A stretch of DNA of 35,440 bases, from the IMG/VR virus record IMGVR_UViG_3300037704_000270, positions 1-35,440 of that record; one strand, 5' to 3'. Positions 7,996 through 16,312 of this stretch are shown one piece after another; the first letter of the stretch is position 1, and the number at the start of each line of letters is the position of its first letter. A program made the position numbers and the translations under genes. This stretch comes from a virus. Its lineage: Duplodnaviria; Caudoviricetes. Under the pieces are notes generated by a model, which saw only the letters and a list, made by a program, of their open reading frames with translations, ran no database searches and had not been told where the DNA came from.

Positions 7996-8544
7996 ATGAC
8001 GCCCCGATCGTTACCCCAAAGAGACCCCGCCATGCACGCAACCCAGCCCGCCTACTGCCCCGACGCCGCCATCACCCCGGCGGATTTGCGCGACTTTGCC
8101 CACCTGGTGCCACCCACTGGCCTGGCCGTGCTGCGCATGCTGGGGCCGGTGGACGCCTTGAAGGTCTTCAACAGCTTGCGCGGCGCGCAAATCATCATCC
8201 CCAAAGGCCCGTGCAACAACCCCGGCGGCGCCAAGCGCTGGGCGCAGCTGGTGGCCATCATGGGGGCGGACGCCATGCTCTTGCTGGCCCGCGAGATGGG
8301 CGGCGACTGCCTGGAGGTGCCCAGCCTGGAGGCGCTTCGCCTGGAGCGGCGCAACCGCGCCATTCGCACCCAGTTCGACCGCCTAACGGCCAAGGCCCCT
8401 GCCGGCGAAGGCCTGAGCAAAGGCCGCGCGGTGGAGGAGCTGGGCCTGCGCTTTGCCCTGACCTGGCGGCAACTGGAAGTCATCCTGGACCGGCCAAGCG
8501 CCGAACCCAGCCCACAGAACCCACTTTTTAGCGAACTGTTTTAA
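7996..8544 (+). CDS. mor: Mor/C family transcription activator
   Basis: GGDCLEVP...RRNRAIRTQFD...LGLRFALTWRQLEVIL; follows gemA as in Mu. Confidence 0.8.
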   Translation: MTPRSLPQRDPAMHATQPAYCPDAAITPADLRDFAHLVPPTGLAVLRMLGPVDALKVFNSLRGAQIIIPKGPCNNPGGAKRWAQLVAIMGADAMLLLAREMGGDCLEVPSLEALRLERRNRAIRTQFDRLTAKAPAGEGLSKGRAVEELGLRFALTWRQLEVILDRPSAEPSPQNPLFSELF

Positions 8545-8554
8545 GAGCTACATC

Positions 8555-9019
8555 ATGAGCACCATCACCACTTACATTCCCCGTATCAGCGACCGCATGA
8601 GCCCGCTTAGCCAGGCCATCCTGCTCTACGTGAGCGAGCACCCCGATTGCTCGTTCACGGCACTGCACACCCTGTTTAGCCCCAGCGCTAACGGTATCGG
8701 CCGCGAGGGTTTTCGCGCCCGTCTGGGCTACCTGGTCAGCGTCGGCCACCTGCAGCGCCGCGACATCAGGGGGATCAGCTGCTACCGAACCGGCGACGGT
8801 GCCCGCCCACCAAAGCCCGTGCCTGAGCCCGTGCCGGAAATCGCCACCCCGGCCGGTTACTGGCAAGACGCCAGCGGCAACCTGATCCCCCAGTTTCGCA
8901 CCCCGGCGCCGTGCTACGACCTCAAAAACGCCCCGGCCTATGTGCCAGAAGCCGGCCCCGCCTTGCGTGCTGGCGCCCTGGACTTCAAGCGCTACGCCAG
9001 CGTGGGTCACAGCTGCTGA
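8555..9019 (+). CDS. Hypothetical protein, N-terminal winged-helix-like
   Basis: AILLYVSEHPDCSFTAL...RLGYLVSVGHL; contains a copy of the next gene's N-terminal peptide. Confidence 0.7.
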   Translation: MSTITTYIPRISDRMSPLSQAILLYVSEHPDCSFTALHTLFSPSANGIGREGFRARLGYLVSVGHLQRRDIRGISCYRTGDGARPPKPVPEPVPEIATPAGYWQDASGNLIPQFRTPAPCYDLKNAPAYVPEAGPALRAGALDFKRYASVGHSC

Positions 9020-9155
9020 ACACCGTTAACCCATTTACCCCGCAACCCCTTTATTAACCCTTGAGAAGCAAGACCCAATGAACACCGCAACAGCAACCGC
9101 AACAGCAACCATTCCCGCCGGCTACTGGCAAGACGCCAACGGCAACCTGATCCCC
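8849..9155 (+). repeat. 42-bp direct repeat (8849-8890 and 9114-9155)
   Basis: 39/42 identical; encodes PAGYWQDA(S/N)GNLIP in two adjacent genes. Confidence 0.9.
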
Positions 9156-9713
9156 GAGAGCAAGGTCAAGGAAATTGACCAGGTGCGCAACCTCCTGGTG
9201 TACGACCTGTGCCGCATGGCCGAGGGCCAGTCCATGGCCTTGACCGGTTTTAAGCTCACCGCCATGAACGAGATCGCCAGCTTTGCCTCTCTGAGCATGG
9301 AGCAATACGGCGTCAAGACCGGCGGCGACAAAGGCAATATCACCTTGCTCAGCTACGACGGCAAATACAAAGTGACCCGCCAGATGCAGGACAAAATCAC
9401 ATTTGGCGAGCAGCTCATGGCGGCCAAAGCGTTAATTGATGAATGCGTGCACGAGTGGGCCGTCAACGCCAATGACAACATCAAGGCGCTGGTGAACCAC
9501 GCCTTCCAGACCGACAAGGAAGGCAAGATCAACACCGCCCGCGTGCTAGGCCTGCGCCGCCTGGACATCCGGGACGCCAAATGGCAGCTCGCCATGCAAG
9601 CCATTGCCGACAGCATGCAGACCGCCAGCACCAAGCCCTATGTGCGCTTTTACAAGCGGGACGAGCGCACGCAGGAGTATCTGGCGATCAGCCTGGATGT
9701 GGCGGGGGCGTGA
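9078..9713 (+). CDS. DUF3164 family Mu-like phage protein
   Basis: GYWQDANGNLIP...GGDKGNITLLSYDG...KPYVRFYKR signature. Confidence 0.88.
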   Translation: MNTATATATATIPAGYWQDANGNLIPESKVKEIDQVRNLLVYDLCRMAEGQSMALTGFKLTAMNEIASFASLSMEQYGVKTGGDKGNITLLSYDGKYKVTRQMQDKITFGEQLMAAKALIDECVHEWAVNANDNIKALVNHAFQTDKEGKINTARVLGLRRLDIRDAKWQLAMQAIADSMQTASTKPYVRFYKRDERTQEYLAISLDVAGA

Positions 9714-9715
9714 GC

Positions 9716-9967
9716 ATGACGCACACACCCGCCCGCTTGCTGCATCGGCGCCTGGAGCAAATCCTCGCGGTATCGGATTGCCTGCGCCAGTTGGCCGCTG
9801 ACGAAGAGAACGGTGCGGCAACGCCCCAGTCCCTGGAGCGGATGAGCAGCTTGAACGGCGCGATTCAAGCGCTGCTGGAACAGGCGGATGACCAGGCGCA
9901 AGAGCTGGGCATGCTGATTTGGCAGACCCGTCAGCCGCACCTGGTCGCCGCCCCCAAGGCGGACTGA
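9716..9967 (+). CDS. Hypothetical helical protein
   Basis: Starts just after the DUF3164 stop; similar to 11094..11360. Confidence 0.65.
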   Translation: MTHTPARLLHRRLEQILAVSDCLRQLAADEENGAATPQSLERMSSLNGAIQALLEQADDQAQELGMLIWQTRQPHLVAAPKAD

Positions 9968-10012
9968 GAAATTTATTCCCGCCGATTCACCCCCACCCAA
10001 TGAGGCTTGAAC

Positions 10013-10041
10013 TTGAACACCCGCGTTAATTCAGTTACAGT
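10013..10041 (+). promoter_or_regulatory. Sigma70-like promoter for the c4/antirepressor transcript
   Basis: TTGAAC-17 nt-TACAGT. Confidence 0.55.
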
Positions 10042-10101
10042 CTGCCCGCTGCGCAAAAAAAGCGCAGTCGGGTTTGGAAGCCTGAGTACCACGCGGCACA
10101 G

Positions 10102-10133
10102 AGCCGCAGCCCCGCACAGGTTTGCGGCTTTTT
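10102..10133 (+). terminator. Intrinsic terminator/attenuator in the antirepressor leader
   Basis: AGCCGCAGCC...GGTTTGCGGCT followed by TTTT. Confidence 0.65.
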
Positions 10134-10151
10134 CGTTCGTGCCTCCAGTTT

Positions 10152-10233
10152 ATGGCGGCTCGAATGGGAGGGCGCAAGCCCTGCCGGTTTACGCTCCGCG
10201 TGGTCCCGGTCTTCCAACCCGTTCGAGCTGCCG
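10152..10233 (+). ncRNA. c4-type antisense RNA (P1/P7 C4, P4 CI-like)
   Basis: Closing stem GGCGGCTCGAATGGG/CCCGTTCGAGCTGCC; AGGGC-GCAA-GCCCT hairpin; loop CCGCGTGGT complementary to ACCACGCGG at 10088; CTTCCAA complementary to TTGGAAG at 10074 and 10241. Confidence 0.85.
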
Positions 10234-10290
10234 CCCTCATTTGGAAGTGGGTGCGTCGGTTTTTTCAAACCTGACCACATGGAAGTCATC

Positions 10291-11097
10291 ATGACCCAAT
10301 CAATCGACACCACGGGCGCATTGCCCCTCATCGCCGAATTTCACGGCACCCCCATCACCATCATTGAGCGCGACGGCCGCAAGTGGCTCACGGCTGACCA
10401 GGTCGGGCAGGCGCTGGGCTACAGCGAAACCGAAACCCGCACCAGCGTCATGCGTCTGCATAGCCGCCATCAGGACGAATTCACCGAGATGGAGACCTGC
10501 GTGGTCAAATTGACCACGCAGGGTCAGGCGCGCGATGTCCGCATCTTCAGCGCCACCGGCTGCATTAAGTTGGGTTTCTTTGCCAACACCAAGCGCGCCA
10601 AGAAGTTTCGCGCCTGGGCTTCCGAGGTGCTGGCCGGCCAGCCATGCCAGGATCTGGCCGAGTCGCCCGCCACAGCCTCCAGTCTGTACGGCCAGTTGCA
10701 AGCACAACTGGTGCAAACGCAACAAGTTGTCGAGGAATACAAGAAAGAAATGGACTGGATGCGCATGGAGTATTCGGGCCTGCAAGGCACTCTCATCGAT
10801 TCGCAGGGCCATCAAATCCGCCTGATGCGCAAGGTCATCAGCACCCAGGGCCAGCTGATCCGGTCGCAGAAAACCAACATCGTACTGGTCGATGGCCGCA
10901 TGAGCGGCGCGCAAGCCAACGAGACCATCCTCCAGATGCACCGTGATGGCAGCAGCAATGCGCAGATCGTCGCGGCCACCGGGCGCACCCTCAACCACGT
11001 GCGCCAGGCGCTGTGGCAGGCGCGTGCAAAGGGCACCTTGCCCCCGCTTGAAAAGACGGTCAGCCCGCAAGCCAGCATGTTCACGGAGGCCGCATGA
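10291..11097 (+). CDS. Bro-N domain antirepressor-like protein with C-terminal HTH (alternative start 10279)
   Basis: FHGTPITIIERDGRKWLTADQVGQALGY...RIFSATG...AKKFRAW; downstream of the c4 RNA. Confidence 0.85.
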   Translation: MTQSIDTTGALPLIAEFHGTPITIIERDGRKWLTADQVGQALGYSETETRTSVMRLHSRHQDEFTEMETCVVKLTTQGQARDVRIFSATGCIKLGFFANTKRAKKFRAWASEVLAGQPCQDLAESPATASSLYGQLQAQLVQTQQVVEEYKKEMDWMRMEYSGLQGTLIDSQGHQIRLMRKVISTQGQLIRSQKTNIVLVDGRMSGAQANETILQMHRDGSSNAQIVAATGRTLNHVRQALWQARAKGTLPPLEKTVSPQASMFTEAA

Positions 11098-11360
11098 ACG
11101 TCACCACCCTGCGCACATCCAAAGCCGTCGCCATGACCACGCCCGCCGCACCCACCGCCGCCCAAGCCGTCAACGCCCTGTGGCTGCGCCTGGACCAAGC
11201 CCGCAACGTGGCACTGTGCATCCCGGATAAGTGCGACGGCATCTGGCAAGACGCGGGCGCCGTCGCCGCCTTGGGTCAAGTCATGGCGCTGGCCGGCGCC
11301 GTGTCCGAGCTGCTGGCCTTGGCCCTGAATGACACGCAGGCGCTGGAGGCGCTGGTGTAG
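11094..11360 (+). CDS. Hypothetical helical protein
   Basis: GGAGG SD, ATGA overlap; similar to 9716..9967. Confidence 0.7.
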   Translation: MNVTTLRTSKAVAMTTPAAPTAAQAVNALWLRLDQARNVALCIPDKCDGIWQDAGAVAALGQVMALAGAVSELLALALNDTQALEALV

Positions 11361-11457
11361 ATGCCGCCAGGTCAACCGAAGTGACGGGGGGTTACGAATC
11401 AAACCCTTCGTCGCTACCCTCATCGTTTTCAAACTTAACCCATCCCGAAGCAACACC

Positions 11458-11691
11458 ATGCACCCCAACGCCATGCAACGCCACCAAGTGCTGGAGATTC
11501 TGTACCTGGAACTCCAAAAGAACCCCAAACGCGGCTGGGTCAATGAACTCGCGCTGAAAAAGCTCGGCGACATTGAGTTTGCCGTGGTCTGCCTGCAAAA
11601 ACTCGGCCACGTCAAGCAAGACGGATTCAACACCGAAATCACCGGCGCCGGCATTCTGGCCTATGAAGAGGCCTGCCTGCAGGCGGCCTGA
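11458..11691 (+). CDS. Small winged-helix-like protein
   Basis: RHQVLEILY...LQKLGHVKQDGFNTEITGAG; followed by a terminator. Confidence 0.7.
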   Translation: MHPNAMQRHQVLEILYLELQKNPKRGWVNELALKKLGDIEFAVVCLQKLGHVKQDGFNTEITGAGILAYEEACLQAA

Positions 11692-11726
11692 TCCCAGCCA
11701 TCCCCCGGTGCAAGCCTGGGGAGACT

Positions 11727-11764
11727 AAAAACCCGCCAGTGCTTCACCGCCCGGCGGGTTTTTT
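11727..11764. terminator. Intrinsic terminator, probably bidirectional, ending the early/middle region
   Basis: AAAAACCCGCC...GGCGGGTTTTTT. Confidence 0.8.
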
Positions 11765-11773
11765 CATGCCGCA

Positions 11774-11827
11774 TCCCGAAGGGTCTACCCATTACCTATA
11801 TGCGCGCGCGCGGGCACCATTGCCCGC
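11774..11827 (+). promoter_or_regulatory. Candidate activator-dependent late promoter (lysis operon)
   Basis: TCCCGAAGNNNCTNNCC with a -10-like CACCAT 41 nt downstream; same layout at 19834. Confidence 0.5.
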
Positions 11828-12025
11828 ATGAATGGACCACGCGACCAACTCTGTGGCGGCTGCACTCACTACGCAGCAGCCGGCCCGCTCGACCTAATGC
11901 GAATCACCGGCTTTGGCCGGTGCGACAAGCGCCCGGTCTGGGTGGCCATGAGCGCGCGTGCGTCCTGCCATTTCAACCCTTCTCAATGGACCGGAGCCGC
12001 GCATGAACCCCTCAAAACCTCTTAG
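11828..12025 (+). CDS. Small Cys-rich protein
   Basis: CGGC...C...C, first ORF after the candidate late promoter. Confidence 0.55.
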   Translation: MNGPRDQLCGGCTHYAAAGPLDLMRITGFGRCDKRPVWVAMSARASCHFNPSQWTGAAHEPLKTS

Positions 12026-12398
12026 AGCACCTCTATGGAAGACGCCCCGGGCGCCGCGCCTGTGGGGCTGGCTGCTCATCACCCTGGTGCTGCTGGCCTG
12101 CGTCTGGGCCATCGCGCCGCAGCAGCTGCCGGTGAGCCTGTACAAGCTCAGCCTGGTCACGCTGGCCGCCGTGGTGGGCTACTGGCTGGACCGCAGCCTG
12201 TTCCCGTATGCCCGGCCCGATGCGTTTTTGGATATGGATGAGGACGATGAATTCGAGCTGGAGGCGGGGGCGCCAGGTTCCGAGATGACGATTGGCGTTA
12301 TGGCCGACAACGCGCTGTTGCGCCTGATGGGTGTGGCCATGATCCGGCGCGCCATCATCGTCGGCTGCGCCATGCTGGCCATGGGCCTGGGAGCGTAA
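12003..12398 (+). CDS. Putative holin (2/3-TM family)
   Basis: LYKLSLVTLAAVVGYWLDRSLFPYARP...RRAIIV; hydrophobic segments; upstream of the endolysin. Confidence 0.85.
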   Translation: MNPSKPLRAPLWKTPRAPRLWGWLLITLVLLACVWAIAPQQLPVSLYKLSLVTLAAVVGYWLDRSLFPYARPDAFLDMDEDDEFELEAGAPGSEMTIGVMADNALLRLMGVAMIRRAIIVGCAMLAMGLGA

Positions 12399-12400
12399 CC

Positions 12401-13012
12401 ATGCGATTGCTTACGCAATTTGTATGGCTTGCCGTCGTCATGCTGTTCTCTGTGGGCGTGCTGGTAAGCCCTGCCAACGCCCAGATCCCGCCCAATGCCG
12501 AGCGTTACCGCGCTGACCTGGTGCGCGCCGCCCACAGTCAGTGGGGTCTGGACGCCCCGGTGGCGGCACTCGCCGCGCAAGTGCACCAGGAGAGCGGCTG
12601 GAATCCCCGTGCCGTGAGCGCCGTGGGTGCGGCAGGCATGGCCCAGTTCATGCCCGCCACGGCCAGCTGGTGGTGCAGCCTGAACCAATTAACGCCCCGG
12701 CAGTGCCAGCCACATAACCCCGCCTGGGCGATGCGCTCGCTGGTGGGCTACGACAAATGGCTGTGGGATCGGACACCCGCTCGCTACAGCACCCGTGACC
12801 GCTTGTGGGTGGCCCTGCGCGGCTACAACGGCGGGCTGGGGCATTGGCAGGCCGAGGCCCGCCTGGCGGCCAGCGGCACGCGTGAGGCGGTGGACGCCGC
12901 CTGCGGCCGCGCCCGCCGTGCGCCGGTCCACTGCAAAGAGAACCTGGGCTATCCCCAGCGCATCCTGGTGCAATTGCAGCCGCGCTACGCCGCGTGGGGA
13001 CCCGGCGTATGA
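12401..13012 (+). CDS. Lytic transglycosylase (SLT) endolysin
   Basis: QVHQESGWNPRAVSAVGAAGMAQFMPAT and YNGG motifs; N-terminal signal or anchor. Confidence 0.92.
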   Translation: MRLLTQFVWLAVVMLFSVGVLVSPANAQIPPNAERYRADLVRAAHSQWGLDAPVAALAAQVHQESGWNPRAVSAVGAAGMAQFMPATASWWCSLNQLTPRQCQPHNPAWAMRSLVGYDKWLWDRTPARYSTRDRLWVALRGYNGGLGHWQAEARLAASGTREAVDAACGRARRAPVHCKENLGYPQRILVQLQPRYAAWGPGV

Positions 13013-13557
13013 GTGAATTAATGAAGTGGATGGGACTGAGTTTTGCAGGCAATTGGGTGATTTACGCCTGCCTTGCTGCAACAACGGCTGGCGGGGGAAT
13101 GCTCGGCTGGACCCTCGGCCGCGCACCCTTGCAGGTACAGATGGCCCGGCAAACCACCGCCTACACGGCCAGCCAGGCCGCCGCCGCCCAGCTCGCTGCC
13201 GCCATCCTGCAAGGCGCGCAAGCCCGGGGTGATGCGTTAACTGTCGGGCTGCTGAATCAGCAAGCCCAAATCGACCAACTTAAAACGGAGAAACGCAATG
13301 CGATCGCTAAAGCTACCACTGGCAAGCCTTGCCTTAACGGCACTGCTTTGCGCCTGCTCACAAACGCCCCTGGCCTCAGTGTCCGAGACCTGTCCCCGGC
13401 CACCGGCGGCGCTGCTGCAGCGGGTGAGCCCGTTGCCACCGATACCGACGTCGCCTTCTGGATTGTTGACGCCGGGGCCGCCTTTGAAGTCTGCCGCGCC
13501 CGGCTTGACGCCCTGATTGACTGGACCCCCTCAACCCCAAACCCTGCAAAACCGTAA
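13009..13557 (+). CDS. Rz: Rz-like inner-membrane spanin
   Basis: N-terminal hydrophobic segment, Ala/Gln-rich coil, Cys near the C-terminus; after the endolysin; hosts a nested lipoprotein ORF. Confidence 0.75.
   Translation: MSELMKWMGLSFAGNWVIYACLAATTAGGGMLGWTLGRAPLQVQMARQTTAYTASQAAAAQLAAAILQGAQARGDALTVGLLNQQAQIDQLKTEKRNAIAKATTGKPCLNGTALRLLTNAPGLSVRDLSPATGGAAAAGEPVATDTDVAFWIVDAGAAFEVCRARLDALIDWTPSTPNPAKP
13298..13516 (+). CDS. Rz1: Rz1-like outer-membrane lipoprotein spanin (nested)
   Basis: GGAG SD, signal peptide with lipobox LLCAC, Pro-rich mature part. Confidence 0.8.
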   Translation: MRSLKLPLASLALTALLCACSQTPLASVSETCPRPPAALLQRVSPLPPIPTSPSGLLTPGPPLKSAAPGLTP

Positions 13558-13898
13558 TGGACTTCGCCCAAATCACCCCCTACCTGGTCGCCGCCAATAT
13601 CGTCTTGACGTGGGCGCTGGGCTTCTACGTGCACCTGACCAGCAAAAACAAGGCCATCACCGACCGGCTGGACGTGATGGACGGCGACATCAAGAGCGAC
13701 CTAAGCGGCCACGCCGAGCGCCTGGCGCGCCTGGAGTCGCACCACGCCAATGCGCCCACCCACGCCGACCTGGCCAAGGTGTACGACAAGCTCAACCGCG
13801 TGGCCGAGAGTTGTAGCCGCGTGGAAGGGCAGCTGGGCGGCATGGACGCCACCCAGCGCCTGATCCTGAGCCGCATCACAGAAAAAGGAGTGTCATGA
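13557..13898 (+). CDS. Membrane-anchored coiled-coil protein (DUF2730 / Mu gp25-like)
   Basis: N-terminal TM, RLARLE...PT..DL; position before the terminase. Confidence 0.7.
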   Translation: MDFAQITPYLVAANIVLTWALGFYVHLTSKNKAITDRLDVMDGDIKSDLSGHAERLARLESHHANAPTHADLAKVYDKLNRVAESCSRVEGQLGGMDATQRLILSRITEKGVS

Positions 13899-14158
13899 GC
13901 CGCGCCATCACGCCCGCCCACCGCCGCCACAGCCTGTTGCTGACCCTGTACCAGTGCGACAACTCTTGCGCCCGCGTGTCCGAGCTGGTGCGCGAGATGG
14001 AATTGATCCACAGCCTGGCCGTCAGCTCTGACCTGGTGCGCGCGGATCTGATGTGGCTCGATGAAATGGGCCTGCTGCGTTACAAGGACGACAACGCCCA
14101 GCTCATCGAGCGCGGGCGCGACGTGGTATTCAAGCGCGCTGAGTTTCCCGGCGGTTAA
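13895..14158 (+). CDS. Winged-helix protein (Mu gp26-like)
   Basis: DLVRADLMWLDEMGLL...LIERGRDV; AGGAG SD. Confidence 0.75.
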   Translation: MSRAITPAHRRHSLLLTLYQCDNSCARVSELVREMELIHSLAVSSDLVRADLMWLDEMGLLRYKDDNAQLIERGRDVVFKRAEFPGG

Positions 14159-14162
14159 CGGC

Positions 14163-14648
14163 ATGGCCCACCCGAAAGAAACCCAACTCGCCCTGCGCGC
14201 CGCCTTCCTGGGTGGCAGTCCGCTGGACCTGGCCGCCGTGCAGGTTGGCATCGGCACCGCCACCGCCAGGCGCTGGAAGGCCGACGCCCTGGCCAGCGGT
14301 GACGACTGGGACAAGTTCCAGAAGGCCAGCCTGATCGTGGCAGGCGGTGGCTTCGACCAAGCCATGGGCCGTGTCGCCGCCTCCGTCATCCTTCGCGCCG
14401 AAGCCATCATGGAGCGCCTGGAAGACCCCGAGATTGACCCCATCGACGCGGCCAAGGCGATTGCCAGCCTGGCCGACTCCCTTGGCAAAGCCAAGGCCGC
14501 CATGCGCGCCCTGATGCCCGAGACCGACAAGCTGGCCGTGGAGACCGGTGCCGTCAAGGCCTTCACCGAACTGCTGATCCGCATGCACCCCGCCGTGGGC
14601 GAGGCCGCACTCGGTGCGCTGGAAGCCTATTCGCGCGGCGAGCGTTAA
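14163..14648 (+). CDS. Terminase small subunit-like (DUF1804)
   Basis: MAHPKE...TARRWK...GDDWDK; directly before the large terminase. Confidence 0.8.
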   Translation: MAHPKETQLALRAAFLGGSPLDLAAVQVGIGTATARRWKADALASGDDWDKFQKASLIVAGGGFDQAMGRVAASVILRAEAIMERLEDPEIDPIDAAKAIASLADSLGKAKAAMRALMPETDKLAVETGAVKAFTELLIRMHPAVGEAALGALEAYSRGER

Positions 14649-14662
14649 TCCATAGGCCCCGC

Positions 14663-16309
14663 ATGGCAACCCAGCGCAACCAATTAACGCCCAAGGCCGC
14701 CGCTGCTGACCTGGTGGCCTTTGCCGCCCAGCTGCGCCAGCGCATCGAGGCGCAGGTCAGCGGTTTCGACCCGGACCCCAAGGCCCGTGCCGATCGGCGC
14801 AAACGCGCGCATGACGACTTCGGGTTTTTCACGCAAACCTACTTCCCCCATTACATCCGCAGCCCGCACCGCTCCAAGTTGCATGACTACCTGTTTGTGC
14901 GCCTGCCCGCCATCGTGGCCAGCGACAAGGGTGAGACCGACGCCATCGCCGCGCCGCGTGGCGAGGCGAAGTCAACGCTGGTCAGTCAGCTGTTTGTGCT
15001 GTGGTGCCTGGTCACCGGGCGCAAGAAGTACCCGGTCATCGTCATGGACAGCATTGACCAGGCTTACCCGATGCTGGAAGCGATCAAGGCCGAGCTGGAG
15101 TTCAACCCGCGCTTGACCATGGATTTCCCCGAGGTGTCGGGCCAGGGCAGGGTGTGGCAGTCCGGCACCATCGTGACCCGCAACGATGCCAAGGTGCAGG
15201 TGGCCGGATCCGGCAAGAAGCTGCGCGGCCTGCGCCATGGCCCATGGCGGCCGGATCTGTGCGTCCTGGACGATATCGAGAATGATGAACAGGTGCGCAG
15301 CCCTGAGCAGCGCGACAAGCTGCAGCAGTGGCTGACCAAGACGGTGCTGCCCCTGGGCGGCGCCGGGGCCAAGTTCGACGTGGTCTACATCGGCACCATC
15401 CTGCACTACGACAGCGTGCTGAGCCGAACCCTCGCGAACCCGATGTGGACCAGTGCCCGCTTCAAGGCGCTGCTGCAGTGGCCGGACGACATGACGCTGT
15501 GGGAGCGGTGGGAAGAAACCCTGCGCAACGCGGGCGAGCCGGCGGCGGATGCTTTCTATCGCGAGCATGAAGCGGACATGCTGCTGGGCTCCGTGGTGAG
15601 CTGGGCGGCGCGAAGCCTGTTAACGCTGATGAAAATCCGCGCCCGCGATGGCCATGCGACCTTCGACAGCGAGTATCAGAACGACCCGGTCGCCGGCGAC
15701 AACAGCCCGTTTTCAGGTGAGGGCGTCCTGAAATATTGGGTGGAAGACACCGACCCGGACGTGGCTTATTTCGGCGCCTGCGACCCCAGCCTGGGCAAAG
15801 CCGGCGCCAGCCGCGACCCGTCGGCCCTGCTGGTGGGGCGCTTGCACCTGAAGACGCGCCGGCTTGACGTGGTGGTGGCGGACATCAAAAAGCGCCTGCC
15901 CGACAAGATCATCAGCGACATCATCACCCTGCAAAAGCGCTGGAACTGCGTGCTGTGGGTGGTCGAGACGGTGCAGTTTCAGGAGTTCTTGCGCACCGAG
16001 CTGATCAAGCGCGGCGCCGCAGAGGGCGTGCCGATCCCGGCCCGCGCCATCCAGCCCAGCACCGACAAGCTCTTGCGCATTGAGTCCCTGCAGCCGCACA
16101 TGGTCAACGGCCTGATCCTGCTGCACGCCAGCCAGGTCACGTTGATTGAGCAGCTGCGCCACTTCCCCAAGGCCGACCACGACGACGGCCCCGACGCCTT
16201 GCACATGCTGTGGATGGCCGCGCAGAGCGGCTGGGGTGCGCCGGCCGTGGCCAGCCGCCCACGGCCGACCGGCGGCCGCATCGGCGGCATGAATTTCAAC
16301 GGATATTAA
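14663..16309 (+). CDS. terL: Terminase large subunit
   Basis: APRGEAKST Walker A, VLDDIEND Walker B, nuclease DPS...HDDGPDAL. Confidence 0.95.
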   Translation: MATQRNQLTPKAAAADLVAFAAQLRQRIEAQVSGFDPDPKARADRRKRAHDDFGFFTQTYFPHYIRSPHRSKLHDYLFVRLPAIVASDKGETDAIAAPRGEAKSTLVSQLFVLWCLVTGRKKYPVIVMDSIDQAYPMLEAIKAELEFNPRLTMDFPEVSGQGRVWQSGTIVTRNDAKVQVAGSGKKLRGLRHGPWRPDLCVLDDIENDEQVRSPEQRDKLQQWLTKTVLPLGGAGAKFDVVYIGTILHYDSVLSRTLANPMWTSARFKALLQWPDDMTLWERWEETLRNAGEPAADAFYREHEADMLLGSVVSWAARSLLTLMKIRARDGHATFDSEYQNDPVAGDNSPFSGEGVLKYWVEDTDPDVAYFGACDPSLGKAGASRDPSALLVGRLHLKTRRLDVVVADIKKRLPDKIISDIITLQKRWNCVLWVVETVQFQEFLRTELIKRGAAEGVPIPARAIQPSTDKLLRIESLQPHMVNGLILLHASQVTLIEQLRHFPKADHDDGPDALHMLWMAAQSGWGAPAVASRPRPTGGRIGGMNFNGY

Positions 16310-16312
16310 AAA

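Noticed and set aside
9084-9110. ACCGCAACAGCA tandem repeat at the DUF3164 start
   Set aside because: Short in-frame Thr-Ala repeat; no frame-switching potential.
10007-10294. 95-aa ORF across the c4 region
   Set aside because: The sequence is explained by promoter, terminator and RNA structure; an Ash/Icd-like peptide cannot be excluded but has no direct support.
11244-11254. Third TGGCAAGACGC (WQDA) match to the 42-bp repeat
   Set aside because: Only 11 nt with no flanking similarity; likely chance.
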